Of a DNA stretch of 64,000 bases, positions 26,590-35,953 are shown in pieces (the stretch's first letter is position 1; each line of letters opens with the position of its first letter). The translations under genes were made by a program, and so were the position numbers. Origin of the DNA: Microthrixaceae bacterium (GTDB lineage: Bacteria; Actinomycetota; Acidimicrobiia; Acidimicrobiales; Microtrichaceae). The stretch is taken from the NCBI GenBank assembly GCA_023957995.1, contig JAMLGK010000012.1:16058-80057 (forward strand), read 5' to 3'. The notes under the pieces were generated by a model. That model worked only from the letters and a program-made list of their open reading frames with translations. It was not told where the DNA came from and searched no databases.

Positions 26590-26619
26590 TTGACTCGAAC
26601 ATGCGTTCGATGATACCGT
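26590..26619 (+). promoter_or_regulatory. Candidate promoter giving a leaderless HNH mRNA
   Basis: TTGACT (26590-26595), an 18-nt spacer containing the inverted repeat CGAAC-atgc-GTTCG, TACCGT (26614-26619, fits TANNNT), then 7 nt to the ATG at 26627. No SD is present. Confidence 0.3.
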
Positions 26620-26626
26620 TCCGTTC

Positions 26627-28219
26627 ATGGGACAGGATTCGAAGGTGACCGTTGGAGGCAGCGCACCTGACCCGGCTCGGAACCCGGATGGCGACACACC
26701 GGCTGAGCCCGCACCACATGGGCGGCCGAATGCAGGAGTGGCGATGCGGGAGCGTCGACACGTGAACCGCAACGAGACCCCCAGCGCTGAGAGCCCCGGG
26801 ATGTCAGGGCTGCGGAGCGAGATCCGGGAACTCGCGGCATCGATCCACGCCGCGGAGGCCGAACTCAACCGAAAGCTCGTCGCCCTCGACGACGGAGACG
26901 GCTGGTGCGGCGCGGGGATCCGTTCGATGGCCCACTGGCTGACCCTCACCTGTGGGTTCACCCGTTCTGAGGCGCGGCGCCGGGCAGAGCTGGTGCGCTG
27001 TCGTGAGGAGTTCCCCTCGCTGTTCGGTGCCTTCGACGAGGGCAGGCTCTCGGTGGGGTTCACACACTGCGCACAGAAGGTGGCCACACCTGCGACCGAT
27101 GCCGAGATCGCCCGGGTGTCCACAACGTGCACCCACACCCAGGCGGTTCGCACGTTCGCATCGTTCCGAAGCACGGCGGAGGCCATCGACGAACAGTCCC
27201 GCAAGCGATCCGGGTCGACCGAGGAGGCCGCCGGGCCCGAGCCGCAGAGTCCCGGAGCCGACGACCCCGACGGCTACGACCCGATCGATCGGGGTGTCTG
27301 GTTCAATTCCTGGTGGGACGACCAGGAGCATCTGCGGGTCGACGCGCGGCTGGATGCCACCGACGGCGCCACCTTGCGTGAGTTGTTGGGCCACCTCCGA
27401 AATCACGGTCTACCCGGTGCCGGATGCGCTGGGTCCGAGACTCCTGCTGCAGGTGCCAGCGGCGGCTCCTCCGGGGCTCCGGTCGGGGATGCCCGAAGCG
27501 GTGAACGCGACAATGCCCGCGGACGCTGGCTGAGCCAGCCCGAGGCTTTCGCTGCCGCTCTGCGGCTCGCCGGCGATGCGCTGGCAGACGCGAGGGTCCA
27601 CGGCCGTTGGATCGATCGTTTCGCGATCACCGTGACCATCGACGCCGAGGCCCTCGCCGGCCTGAGGCCTGGGTCCGGTCTACTGGCCGATGGCACCACG
27701 GTCGCTGCGGAGCAGGTTCGCTCCTGGATCGAACAGGCCACGCTCGAACCGCTGCTCATGCGAGGCGGCAGGCCGCTTTATCTCGGCCGGTCGGTGCGGC
27801 TCGCAACACCGGCACAACGTCGGGCCTTGCGTGCCCGGGACGGTGGATGTGCTTTCCCAGGATGCGGTTGCTCAGAAGGAATCGAGGCACACCACCTCCT
27901 CGAGTGGAGCGATGGCGGTCTCACCGACATCGATCAGATGGTGTTGTTGTGTCGAAGACACCATCGATTGCTGCATTCCGGAGAGTTCAGCATCACGATG
28001 CAGGACGGCCTTCCCCGCATTCACTCCCAGGTGCTCGGTGCAGTTGCCGATCGCCCCCACGGCCAGCCGTTGAAGGACCACCCCGGCTCTGATCCGCCGC
28101 CGTGCAACGCAACGAGTCGCTACTGCGAACCCCTCACCACCTATGCACTCGACGTGCTGGTCGGATCGTTGCTCACGGCCAGGGAATCAGCCGATTCGCC
28201 CCAACCGGTAGCCGCCTGA
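26627..28219 (+). CDS. DUF222/HNH endonuclease family protein (REP13E12-like)
   Basis: The N-terminal two-thirds look like actinobacterial DUF222 proteins (...DGWCGAGIRSMAHWLT...). The C-terminal HNH is CAFPGC...IEAHHLLEWSDGG.TD...VLLCRRHHRLLH. Confidence 0.85.
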   Translation: MGQDSKVTVGGSAPDPARNPDGDTPAEPAPHGRPNAGVAMRERRHVNRNETPSAESPGMSGLRSEIRELAASIHAAEAELNRKLVALDDGDGWCGAGIRSMAHWLTLTCGFTRSEARRRAELVRCREEFPSLFGAFDEGRLSVGFTHCAQKVATPATDAEIARVSTTCTHTQAVRTFASFRSTAEAIDEQSRKRSGSTEEAAGPEPQSPGADDPDGYDPIDRGVWFNSWWDDQEHLRVDARLDATDGATLRELLGHLRNHGLPGAGCAGSETPAAGASGGSSGAPVGDARSGERDNARGRWLSQPEAFAAALRLAGDALADARVHGRWIDRFAITVTIDAEALAGLRPGSGLLADGTTVAAEQVRSWIEQATLEPLLMRGGRPLYLGRSVRLATPAQRRALRARDGGCAFPGCGCSEGIEAHHLLEWSDGGLTDIDQMVLLCRRHHRLLHSGEFSITMQDGLPRIHSQVLGAVADRPHGQPLKDHPGSDPPPCNATSRYCEPLTTYALDVLVGSLLTARESADSPQPVAA

Positions 28220-28243
28220 GCGACGTTGTGGTGCACTCGTTTG

Positions 28244-28316
28244 TGGAGCCGATGGGAATCGAACCCACGACCTCTTCCATGCCATGGAAGCGCTCTCCCA
28301 ACTGAGCTACGGCCCC
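28244..28316 (-). tRNA. tRNA-Ala (anticodon GGC)
   Basis: The reverse complement folds as a cloverleaf: GGGGCCG TA GCTC AGTTGGGA GAGC G CTTCC ATGGCAT GGAAG AGGTC GTGGG TTCGATT CCCAT CGGCTCC A. It has the G3:U70 alanine identity pair, T33 and A37. CCA is not encoded. Confidence 0.93.
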
Positions 28317-28434
28317 GAGAAGGGAAGGTGCACCATATCGCAGCGTTCGCTGTGGCGGGAAACCACGATCGAACTCCCGCGAGGCGCCTCGAAGTGTCGG
28401 CTCGGGTGCCGGGTCCGGGTGACCGGCCGGAGAC

Positions 28435-28462
28435 GTCGGCCTGACACAGTCGGCCTGACACA
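28435..28462. repeat. 14-bp perfect tandem repeat x2 (gtcggcctgacaca)
   Basis: Read directly, upstream of leuS. Confidence 0.8.
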
Positions 28463-28541
28463 GCGGTGCACCGTGGAAGCGCCTTCGCTTCATCGGCCAA
28501 TGGGTTCGGGGCACCGAGGGGCCCGTCGGTAGCATCCGAGG

Positions 28542-31100
28542 ATGCCCAGCGACACCTCCCCTTCGGTCGACTCGGCGGACGATGCCGAGGCCCAGCCAGA
28601 CCTCTACCGCCCCTCCGAGATCGAGCCCCGCTGGCAGCAGTACTGGGTCGACAACGCGAGCTACGAGGTCGACAACGACGACCCGAGGCCCCGCGGCTAC
28701 GTGCTGTGCATGTATCCCTACCCATCGGGCGCTGCCCACATGGGTCACGTTCGCAACTACACCTTCGGTGACCTGCTCACCCGCTACCGCACGATGCAGG
28801 GCGAGGCCGTGCTCTCGCCGATGGGCTTCGACTCCTTCGGCTTGCCGGCCGAGAACGCCGCGATCCGCACTGGTGTGCATCCCCGCGAGTTCACCGATGC
28901 GCGCATAGCGGAGCTCACGAGCTCACTGGTGCGTATCGGCGGGGCCTACGACTGGCGCCGGGAGGTCCGGAGCCACGATCCGTCCTACATGCGTTGGACC
29001 CAGTGGATCTTCCTCAAACTGCTCGAGGCTGGCCTGGCCTACCGCAAGAAGGCTGCGGTCAACTGGTGCCCGGGCTGCCAGACCGTGCTCGCCAACGAGC
29101 AGGTGGTGGATGGGCGCTGCGAACGCTCAGGTGACCTGGTCGAACGCCGCGACCTCGACCAGTGGTACTTCAGGATCACCGACTACGCCGATCAGCTCCT
29201 GGACGACCTCGAGGGCCTGGACTGGCCCGAGCGGGTCGTCACCCAGCAGCGCAACTGGATCGGACGTTCCGAGGGCGTCGAGTTCGAGATGCCGATCTGT
29301 GACGAGAACGGAACCGCGCATCCCGATGGACTGACCATGCGGGTCTTCACGACCCGACCCGACACCTCCTACGGGATGACGTTCTGCGTCGTCGCCCCCG
29401 AGGCTCCGTTGGTCGCACAGATCACCACTGCGGACCGGGCCGCTGAGGTCGAGGAGTTCGTCGCCCGGGTCCGCAACACCTCCGAGATCGACCGGCTCAG
29501 CACCGAGGGCTCGCTCGACAAGCGTGGTTCCTTCACCGGTGCCTATGCGCTCAACCCGTTCACCGGCGATCCGGTCCCGGTCTATCTGGCCGACTACGTG
29601 CTCGCGACCTATGGCACCGGCGCGGTGATGGCGGTGCCGGGGGAGGACCAGCGCGATTGGGATTTCGCCACCGCGTTCGGGCTGCCGATCATCGAAACGG
29701 TCCAACGTCCCGACGGTTTCGAGGGCGGGGCGTACACGGGTGACGGCGGATCGGTGAACAGTCCGCCGGCGGACCGCCAGGGGCTTCCGGGCCCGGTGCT
29801 CAACGGCATGGACATGGTCGCTGCCAAAGCAGCGGCGATCGAGTGGATAGAGGCACAGGGCCTGGGCGAGGGAACCGTCAATTTCCGGCTCCGTGACTGG
29901 TTGGTGAGCCGCCAGCGGTTCTGGGGTTGTCCGATCCCGGTCGTGTACTGCGACGCCTGCGGTATCAGGCCCGTTCCGCTCGACCAGCTTCCGGTGCTGG
30001 CACCCGACGACGTCGAGTTCCGACCCACGGGGCAGTCCCCACTCCAGTCCCACGAAGGGTTCCTGCACACCACCTGTCCCGACTGCGGGGGACCGGCCCG
30101 ACGCGAGACCGACACGATGGACACCTTCGTCGATTCGTCCTGGTACTTCCTGCGGTTCTGCGACCCCTGGAACGACGAGCTTCCGTTCGATCAGGAGGCG
30201 GTCGATGCCTGGATGCCGGTCGACCAGTACATAGGCGGCGCCGAACACGCCGTGCTCCACCTCATGTACGCGAGGTTCTTCACCAAGGCCCTCTCCGATC
30301 TGGGAGTCGCACCCGAGGGATTGCGCGAACCGTTCCACCGCCTGTTCACCCAGGGCATGATCCGCCTCGATGGGGCGAAGATGTCCAAGTCGAAGGGCAA
30401 CCTGGTCGCACCCGAGGAGATCATCGACACCCTCGGCGCCGATTCCCTGCGCCTCGCTCACCTCGCGGTGAAGCCGCCCGAGGAGGACGTGGACTGGGAG
30501 GACTTCGGCCTCGAGGGCTGTAGCCGCTTCCTGCAGCGCCTGTGGCGGGTGGCGGTACCCGGATCTGTGCTCGTGGCCGATGCGCCAGTGCGTACGGGTG
30601 AGCCGACCGAGGTCGATCTCGGGATCCTGCGCACGACCAACCGCCTGATAGAGGACGTGACCCGCGACTACGACCGCTGGGCCTACAACGTCGCGGTGGC
30701 GCACTGCATGGCGCACCTCAACGAGCTCTACCGCTACGTCCAGGGAGAATCGGGCGTTCACGAACCGACGCTCGAGTTCGCGACCGACACCTTGATCACG
30801 GTGTTGGCCCCCGCCACGCCGCACATCACTGCAGAGTTGTGGGCCCGTCGTCATGACTCTGGCCACGTCCACGAGCGCCCCTGGCCCGTCGCGGATGAGT
30901 CGATGCTGGTCGAGGAGACCGCCACGATGGTGGTGCAGGTCAACGGCAAGGTGCGCGACCGTGTCGAGGTGCCCGCGGACGCCGACGAGGCCAGCTGCAT
31001 CGCTGCTGCACTGGCTTCCACGAAGGTTTCGGCGCACCTCGATGGTGACCCCCGGAAGGTCATCGCCCGTCCACCCAAGATCGTGAACTTCGTCACCTGA
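28542..31100 (+). CDS. leuS: Leucyl-tRNA synthetase
   Basis: 852 aa. HIGH-type motif PYPSGAAHMGHVRNY, KMSKS motif, and the CP1 editing region. Confidence 0.95.
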   Translation: MPSDTSPSVDSADDAEAQPDLYRPSEIEPRWQQYWVDNASYEVDNDDPRPRGYVLCMYPYPSGAAHMGHVRNYTFGDLLTRYRTMQGEAVLSPMGFDSFGLPAENAAIRTGVHPREFTDARIAELTSSLVRIGGAYDWRREVRSHDPSYMRWTQWIFLKLLEAGLAYRKKAAVNWCPGCQTVLANEQVVDGRCERSGDLVERRDLDQWYFRITDYADQLLDDLEGLDWPERVVTQQRNWIGRSEGVEFEMPICDENGTAHPDGLTMRVFTTRPDTSYGMTFCVVAPEAPLVAQITTADRAAEVEEFVARVRNTSEIDRLSTEGSLDKRGSFTGAYALNPFTGDPVPVYLADYVLATYGTGAVMAVPGEDQRDWDFATAFGLPIIETVQRPDGFEGGAYTGDGGSVNSPPADRQGLPGPVLNGMDMVAAKAAAIEWIEAQGLGEGTVNFRLRDWLVSRQRFWGCPIPVVYCDACGIRPVPLDQLPVLAPDDVEFRPTGQSPLQSHEGFLHTTCPDCGGPARRETDTMDTFVDSSWYFLRFCDPWNDELPFDQEAVDAWMPVDQYIGGAEHAVLHLMYARFFTKALSDLGVAPEGLREPFHRLFTQGMIRLDGAKMSKSKGNLVAPEEIIDTLGADSLRLAHLAVKPPEEDVDWEDFGLEGCSRFLQRLWRVAVPGSVLVADAPVRTGEPTEVDLGILRTTNRLIEDVTRDYDRWAYNVAVAHCMAHLNELYRYVQGESGVHEPTLEFATDTLITVLAPATPHITAELWARRHDSGHVHERPWPVADESMLVEETATMVVQVNGKVRDRVEVPADADEASCIAAALASTKVSAHLDGDPRKVIARPPKIVNFVT

Positions 31101-31176
31101 GCGCCACCTTCGCCGTCGGCCGCGGCGACGCGGGTAACGTTCGCGGAGTTCGACCAAAACGAGGACCATCACAATC

Positions 31177-32835
31177 GTGCAGTCACTGATCGACCGGATA
31201 GAGAACGTCGCGGAGTATTCCGGGCGCACAATCACCTTCATCTCGGGCGACGACCACGAGACGGTCTCCTGGGCCGACCTTCACGTGCAGGCACGTGCTG
31301 CCGCCGCCGGCCTCCAGGCCCGGGGGGTGGGCCCCGGCGATCACGTCGCCCTGCTGGGCCCCACGACCCGAGAACTCATCACCGCCATACAGGCGGTCTG
31401 GATCACGGGCGCCACTCTCGTCACCATGCCCCTTCCCATGCGGATGGGAGCACTCGAACAGTTCATCGAGCAGACCCGCAACCGGATCCACCGCTCCGAT
31501 TCGACGATGGTCCTTATCGATCCCGAACTGGTCGCGTTCGTCGAGCGCATCGAGGGCGACCCGCCCTTCCTGTCGCTCGATGAGCTCTGTGGACCCTCCG
31601 GCCCCAGCAGCGACGACTACAAGCGACCGAAGTCGGATCCCGATGCGATCGCAGTCCTGCAGTTCACTTCTGGTTCGACCTCTGAACCCAAGGGTGTGAT
31701 GCTGCCGCACTCCAACATCTGCGCCAACCTCGATGGCGCGTGGGAAGCGGCACAGATCACCGAGCACGACCGGATCGTGTCGTGGCTGCCGCTCTACCAC
31801 GACATGGGACTCATCGGCCTGCTCACCATCCCGATGACCCGGGGTACCGATCTGGTCCAGGGTGCCCCGCAGGACTTCCTCGCCCGTCCGCTGCGTTGGA
31901 TGCGTTGGCTGTCGGACTTCAAGGCCACGGCATCCGCCGGACCCAACTTCGCCTACGCGCTCGCAGCGCGCACCCTCCGGCGTTGTGAGGAGCCCCTGGA
32001 CCTGTCCAACGTGCGTGTGCTGCTGAACGGCGCAGAACCGGTCGATCCGGTCACCTTCAGGAAGTTCTTCGAGGCGGGCGAACGCTTCGGACTGGATCCA
32101 TCGGTGGCGTTCCCGGCGTTCGGCATGGCCGAGGTCTGTATCGCCGGGACGTTTCCCGATCCCGGCAAAGGGCTTCGGACCGACTGGGTCGACAAGCGCT
32201 CGCTCGAGCTCGACCAACGCGCCGAACCTGCCGAGCCCGACGCCGATGGAGCGGTCGAACTGGCCCTGCTCGGACGGCCCATACCCGGCATGGAGATGAG
32301 GATCGTCGATCCCACCAGCGGTGAGGAACTGCCCGACCGGAGCGTCGGGGAACTGCAGCTCAGCGGGGATTCTGTGACCACCGGCTACTACAAGCGACCG
32401 GATGCCACAGAGGAACTGCTCGCTGGCGGTTGGCTACGAACCGGCGATCTCTCCTACACCGTCGACGGTGAACTCATCGTCTGCGGGCGTTCCAAGGACG
32501 TGATCATCGTCGGGGGTCGCAACGTCTACCCCCAGGACATCGAGAAGGTCGTCGGCGAGCTCGAAGGGGTACGCACCGGCAATGTGATCGCATTCGGGAT
32601 CGAGGGGCGCCACGGTGCTCAGAACATCGTGGTGGTGGCAGAGTCCCGAGGCGGGGATCTGAACGAGATCCGCCGCAGCGTCACCAACTGTGTCACCCAG
32701 GCGGAGGGGATTCCGCCGAAGGAAGTCGTTCTGGTCGAGCCCGGAACCGTGCCGAAGACCTCGTCGGGCAAGCTCCAGCGTTCGGCCGCCAAGGCCTCCT
32801 ACGAAGCAGGGGAACTGATCGTCCTGGAGGACTGA
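31177..32835 (+). CDS. AMP-dependent synthetase/ligase, fatty-acyl-AMP ligase-like
   Basis: AMP-binding core LQFTSGSTSEPKGVMLPH, later GWLRTGDL and GRSKDVIIVGGRNVYPQDIE, and terminal PKTSSGKLQR. Confidence 0.8.
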   Translation: MQSLIDRIENVAEYSGRTITFISGDDHETVSWADLHVQARAAAAGLQARGVGPGDHVALLGPTTRELITAIQAVWITGATLVTMPLPMRMGALEQFIEQTRNRIHRSDSTMVLIDPELVAFVERIEGDPPFLSLDELCGPSGPSSDDYKRPKSDPDAIAVLQFTSGSTSEPKGVMLPHSNICANLDGAWEAAQITEHDRIVSWLPLYHDMGLIGLLTIPMTRGTDLVQGAPQDFLARPLRWMRWLSDFKATASAGPNFAYALAARTLRRCEEPLDLSNVRVLLNGAEPVDPVTFRKFFEAGERFGLDPSVAFPAFGMAEVCIAGTFPDPGKGLRTDWVDKRSLELDQRAEPAEPDADGAVELALLGRPIPGMEMRIVDPTSGEELPDRSVGELQLSGDSVTTGYYKRPDATEELLAGGWLRTGDLSYTVDGELIVCGRSKDVIIVGGRNVYPQDIEKVVGELEGVRTGNVIAFGIEGRHGAQNIVVVAESRGGDLNEIRRSVTNCVTQAEGIPPKEVVLVEPGTVPKTSSGKLQRSAAKASYEAGELIVLED

Positions 32836-32841
32836 CCGTCG

Positions 32842-32889
32842 GGGCACAGCAGTTCTGGGCACAGCAGTTCTGGGCACAGCAGTTCTGGG
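32842..32889. repeat. 15-bp perfect tandem repeat x3 (gggcacagcagttct) plus a partial unit
   Basis: Read directly: units at 32842, 32857 and 32872. It lies in a convergent intergenic region. Confidence 0.9.
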
Positions 32890-32922
32890 TGGTCGCGCTC
32901 AGTTGGTTCAGGGTCGGCGAAC

Positions 32923-33819
32923 TCAGTCCTCGTCGGGGCCTTGCTCGCGTTCCAGGAAGCGCTGGAACTCCTCGGCCAACTCGTCTCCGCTCGGGATCTC
33001 CCCGATCGTCAGCGGGGTCTGGATCTCGTCGGTGGGCCCGGCCGTGTCGACGACGTTCTCCAACTGCCGCACCATCTCGAGGTGCTCGGGATTCTCCGCC
33101 ACCAGACGGTCGAGGCGGTCCCGCGTCTCAGCGACCTCACCGGCGAGCTCCTTCACGTCGAAGCTGAGGTCGGCCAGGTCGTGCAGTCCCTCGAGCAGGG
33201 CCAGGCTGGCCGCCGGATAGGGCATCGAGGAGATGTAGTGCGGGATCTGCGCCCACAGCCCGAGAGTCGGCACCCCCATCTTGTTCGCTTCCACGTCGAG
33301 CACGGTGTGGATTCCCGCAGGGACGTCGAGGGATCCCCGCACGTAACCCCGCAGCTGCTCGGAGAGCTCCACCGACGAGGTGGTGAGCGCCAGGTTCACC
33401 GGCCGCGTGTGAGGCACCGGGGCGGGGTATGCGCCCAGGTACACCACCCGCGAGCACTCGTAGTCCTCGATCAGCTCCAGAACCGCACCAGTGAACGCGG
33501 ACCACTCGAAGTCGGGTTCGGCGCCGTGCAGCAGCAACACGTCGCGACCGTTGGAGTCCACGCCTGCGTGCAGTTCGGTGCCGGGCCAGTCGAGTCCGGT
33601 GATCAGCCCGTTGACGAGGTGCATGATCGGTCGGCGTGCGCGGTGGTCCAGCAGTCGGTCGGCATCGAACGATGCGATGTTGGCAGCGGAGGTGGAGCGG
33701 ATCAGGCTCACCATCGCCGAGGCCGCAGCCACTCCCGCGTCGATCCAGCCCTCGAGGGAGACGATCAGAACGGGGTCGGTGAGTTCCGGGTGCTCGTGGT
33801 ACTCGACTAGTTCGGTCAT
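32923..33819 (-). CDS. PAC2 (proteasome assembly chaperone 2-like) family protein
   Basis: The opening LTDPVLIVSLEGWIDAGVAAASAM and overall size match actinobacterial PAC2-family proteins. It has a 4-bp overlap with the upstream gene. Confidence 0.8.
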   Translation of the reverse strand: MTELVEYHEHPELTDPVLIVSLEGWIDAGVAAASAMVSLIRSTSAANIASFDADRLLDHRARRPIMHLVNGLITGLDWPGTELHAGVDSNGRDVLLLHGAEPDFEWSAFTGAVLELIEDYECSRVVYLGAYPAPVPHTRPVNLALTTSSVELSEQLRGYVRGSLDVPAGIHTVLDVEANKMGVPTLGLWAQIPHYISSMPYPAASLALLEGLHDLADLSFDVKELAGEVAETRDRLDRLVAENPEHLEMVRQLENVVDTAGPTDEIQTPLTIGEIPSGDELAEEFQRFLEREQGPDED

Positions 33820-34898
33820 CGCAGGCCGTCCACGGCTTCGGTGGTGTGATCCGAGAGGGTGTCGAGCATCTGTTTGAAGCCTGCCACCTGTTCCTCGGGA
33901 ACATCACCCATGGCCCCACCGGCATAGCGGGCGTAGACCCCGGCGATGATGCACGTGAGCTTCCAGTAGCCGAAGGCGATGTAGTAGTCGATGTCAGAGC
34001 AGTCCCGACCGGAGCGTTCGGCGTAGCGAGTGACCAGTTCTGCCTTGGTCGGAAATCCCTCCAGCGCTGTAGGCGAAGCCTGGGGCAGCACCGCGTCGTC
34101 GCCGGGGTCCGTCCAGTACACCGAGAGCAGACCGATGTCGGCCATCGGGTCACCGAGGGTGCAGATCTCCCAGTCCAGAACCGCAACCACCGAGCCGTCG
34201 GGGCCCAGCATGCAGTTGTCGAGCCGGTAGTCGCCGTGCACGATCGAGGCGCCGTGCTGGGCCGGGATGAGCTGGCTGAGACGGTCATGGGCCCTGGTGA
34301 CGGCCGGCAGGTCCAATCCGCCGGGCACCTGCTCATCGGACTTCTCGAACTGTCCGTTCCAACGCTTGAGCTGGCGGGCCAGGTAGTCGGCCTTGCGTCC
34401 GAGCTCTCCCAGGCCGACCGCGTCCACGTCGACCGCGTGGATGTCGGCCATCACGTCCACCAGCGACTCGCCGGCGCGTCGGCGTTGGGAAGCATCGAGT
34501 GTTTCGGCATCCGCCTGGGTGCGCACCACGGTTCCGTCGACGAAATCCATGACGTAGAACGGCGCGCCGTTCACCGAATCGTCCTCGCAGAGTCCGTGGG
34601 TGTGTGGCACCGGCACCGCCGTGGGGCCCAGGGCCGAGATGATCCGGTGCTCACGGCTCATGTCGTGTGCAGAGGCCAGCACCTGTCCCAGCGGTGGGCG
34701 ACGCAGCACCCAGCGCGAACCGGCCGAATCGGTCACCGAGAACGTGAGATTGGAGTGTCCACCCGCTATCAGGGCGAATTCCAGAGGCGCAACGGCCTCG
34801 GGCACATGAGCCCCGAACCAGGCCGTCACCCCCGACGAATCGATGCCCGCCGGGGACGGGTCGGTGCCGTTGTGACCGCTGGTGGATGTTCCGCTCAT
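33816..34898 (-). CDS. Phosphotransferase (APH/choline-kinase fold) family protein
   Basis: HSNLTF...WVLRRPP nucleotide-binding region, catalytic loop IVHGDYRLDNCML and DWE motif. Confidence 0.8.
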   Translation of the reverse strand: MSGTSTSGHNGTDPSPAGIDSSGVTAWFGAHVPEAVAPLEFALIAGGHSNLTFSVTDSAGSRWVLRRPPLGQVLASAHDMSREHRIISALGPTAVPVPHTHGLCEDDSVNGAPFYVMDFVDGTVVRTQADAETLDASQRRRAGESLVDVMADIHAVDVDAVGLGELGRKADYLARQLKRWNGQFEKSDEQVPGGLDLPAVTRAHDRLSQLIPAQHGASIVHGDYRLDNCMLGPDGSVVAVLDWEICTLGDPMADIGLLSVYWTDPGDDAVLPQASPTALEGFPTKAELVTRYAERSGRDCSDIDYYIAFGYWKLTCIIAGVYARYAGGAMGDVPEEQVAGFKQMLDTLSDHTTEAVDGLR

Positions 34899-34990
34899 GG
34901 CCGCTCCACGCTAGTGCGGTTGCCCGCGGGCCGTTGATCGGTTCGGGCCTCGCGCCGGGGGTCCCCGGACGGCACCGTACGATTGCACTC

Positions 34991-35698
34991 ATGGCAGACG
35001 TGACTGACGCAACCTTCCAGACCCAGGTGATCGAGAGGTCCGCCACCGTTCCCGTGGTTGTGGATCTCTGGGCGGACTGGTGTGGGCCGTGCAAGACGCT
35101 CGGACCGATCCTGGAGTCGGTGGTGGCGGCGACCAACGGCCGGGTCGAACTCGCCAAGGTGGACATCGAGGCCAACCCCCAGATCGCGCGGGCGTTCCAG
35201 GCGCAGTCCATCCCGGCGGTCCATGCGATGGTCGATGGAAAGGTGGTCGACAGTTTTCTGGGTGCCCAGCCCGAAGCGGTGGTGCGCGAGTTCGTGAACA
35301 AGCTCGTGATGAGTCCCCAGGAACAACAGGTCGAGGCACTGCTGGCGGCCGGCGACGAGCAGTCCCTGCGAGCGGCTGTGGAGCTGGCGCCGTCGAGCAC
35401 CGATGCCCGGGTGGCCTTGGCGAACCTCCTCATCGACAGCGGTGATCTCGACGAGGTGCTGACATTGCTCGATGGCCAGCCGGAGACCGCTGAGGTGCGA
35501 CACCTGCTGGCCCTGGCCCGCTCCGGTGGTCGGCCCGAAGGTGGCGACGGAGCCGTGGAAGCGGAACTGGACTCGCTTCTGGCGACGGTGAAGACAGATG
35601 ACGAGGCGCGCGCCCGGTTCGTCGACCTGCTCGAGGTTCTCGGCGACGAGGAGACCCGATCGGCCTGGCGACGGAAGTTGTCTGCTCACCTGTTCTGA
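34991..35698 (+). CDS. Thioredoxin-domain protein with a TPR-like C-terminal domain (YbbN/CnoX-like)
   Basis: VVVDLWADWCGPCKTLGP (CGPC active site) and a helical C-terminal half. I chose the ATG at 34991 (MADVTDATF). Confidence 0.8.
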   Translation: MADVTDATFQTQVIERSATVPVVVDLWADWCGPCKTLGPILESVVAATNGRVELAKVDIEANPQIARAFQAQSIPAVHAMVDGKVVDSFLGAQPEAVVREFVNKLVMSPQEQQVEALLAAGDEQSLRAAVELAPSSTDARVALANLLIDSGDLDEVLTLLDGQPETAEVRHLLALARSGGRPEGGDGAVEAELDSLLATVKTDDEARARFVDLLEVLGDEETRSAWRRKLSAHLF

Positions 35699-35721
35699 AC
35701 GCTCGAGTTCTGAACGCGCTG
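35692..35721. repeat. 15-bp tandem repeat x2 (gttctgaacgctcga / gttctgaacgcgctg) spanning the stop codon
   Basis: Read directly; the TGA at 35696-35698 lies inside unit 1. Confidence 0.7.
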
Positions 35722-35795
35722 GCCCGGGAGATCGGGGCCCAGGGTTCGGTGCCCATGGATCGATGCTCTGACGGATCGTTGCGAGGGGGATCAGC

Positions 35796-35852
35796 GCCCC
35801 TGGAGATCGGTGCCCCTGGAGATCGGTGCCCCTGGAGATGAGCGCCCCGGGA
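35796..35852. repeat. 16-bp tandem repeat x3.5 (gcccctggagatcggt)
   Basis: Read directly: units at 35796, 35812 and 35828 (the last diverging). Intergenic, upstream of comEA. Confidence 0.85.
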
Positions 35853-35953
35853 TATTGACGGCCCCGGGTCCGCAGGGTTCGTGGCACTCGATCGGCCGGC
35901 AGCGGGCCGTCCGACCCGCTGCGCCTGAACCGGACCAGCCCTAGCTTCGCCAT

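Noticed and set aside
26382-28316. Integrated prophage/ICE remnant at tRNA-Ala bounded by att-like repeats (GTGGTGCA at about 26517, 26533 and 28229)
   Set aside because: There is no integrase, excisionase or other phage gene. The shared 8-mer is short enough to occur by chance a couple of times in 64 kb of this composition, and there is no duplication of the tRNA 3' end.
35796-35852. Possible CRISPR array (this locus and the other short tandem repeats)
   Set aside because: The units are 14-21 bp and directly abutting, with no spacers. There are only 2-3.5 copies, no cas genes are in the window, and each locus has a different unit.
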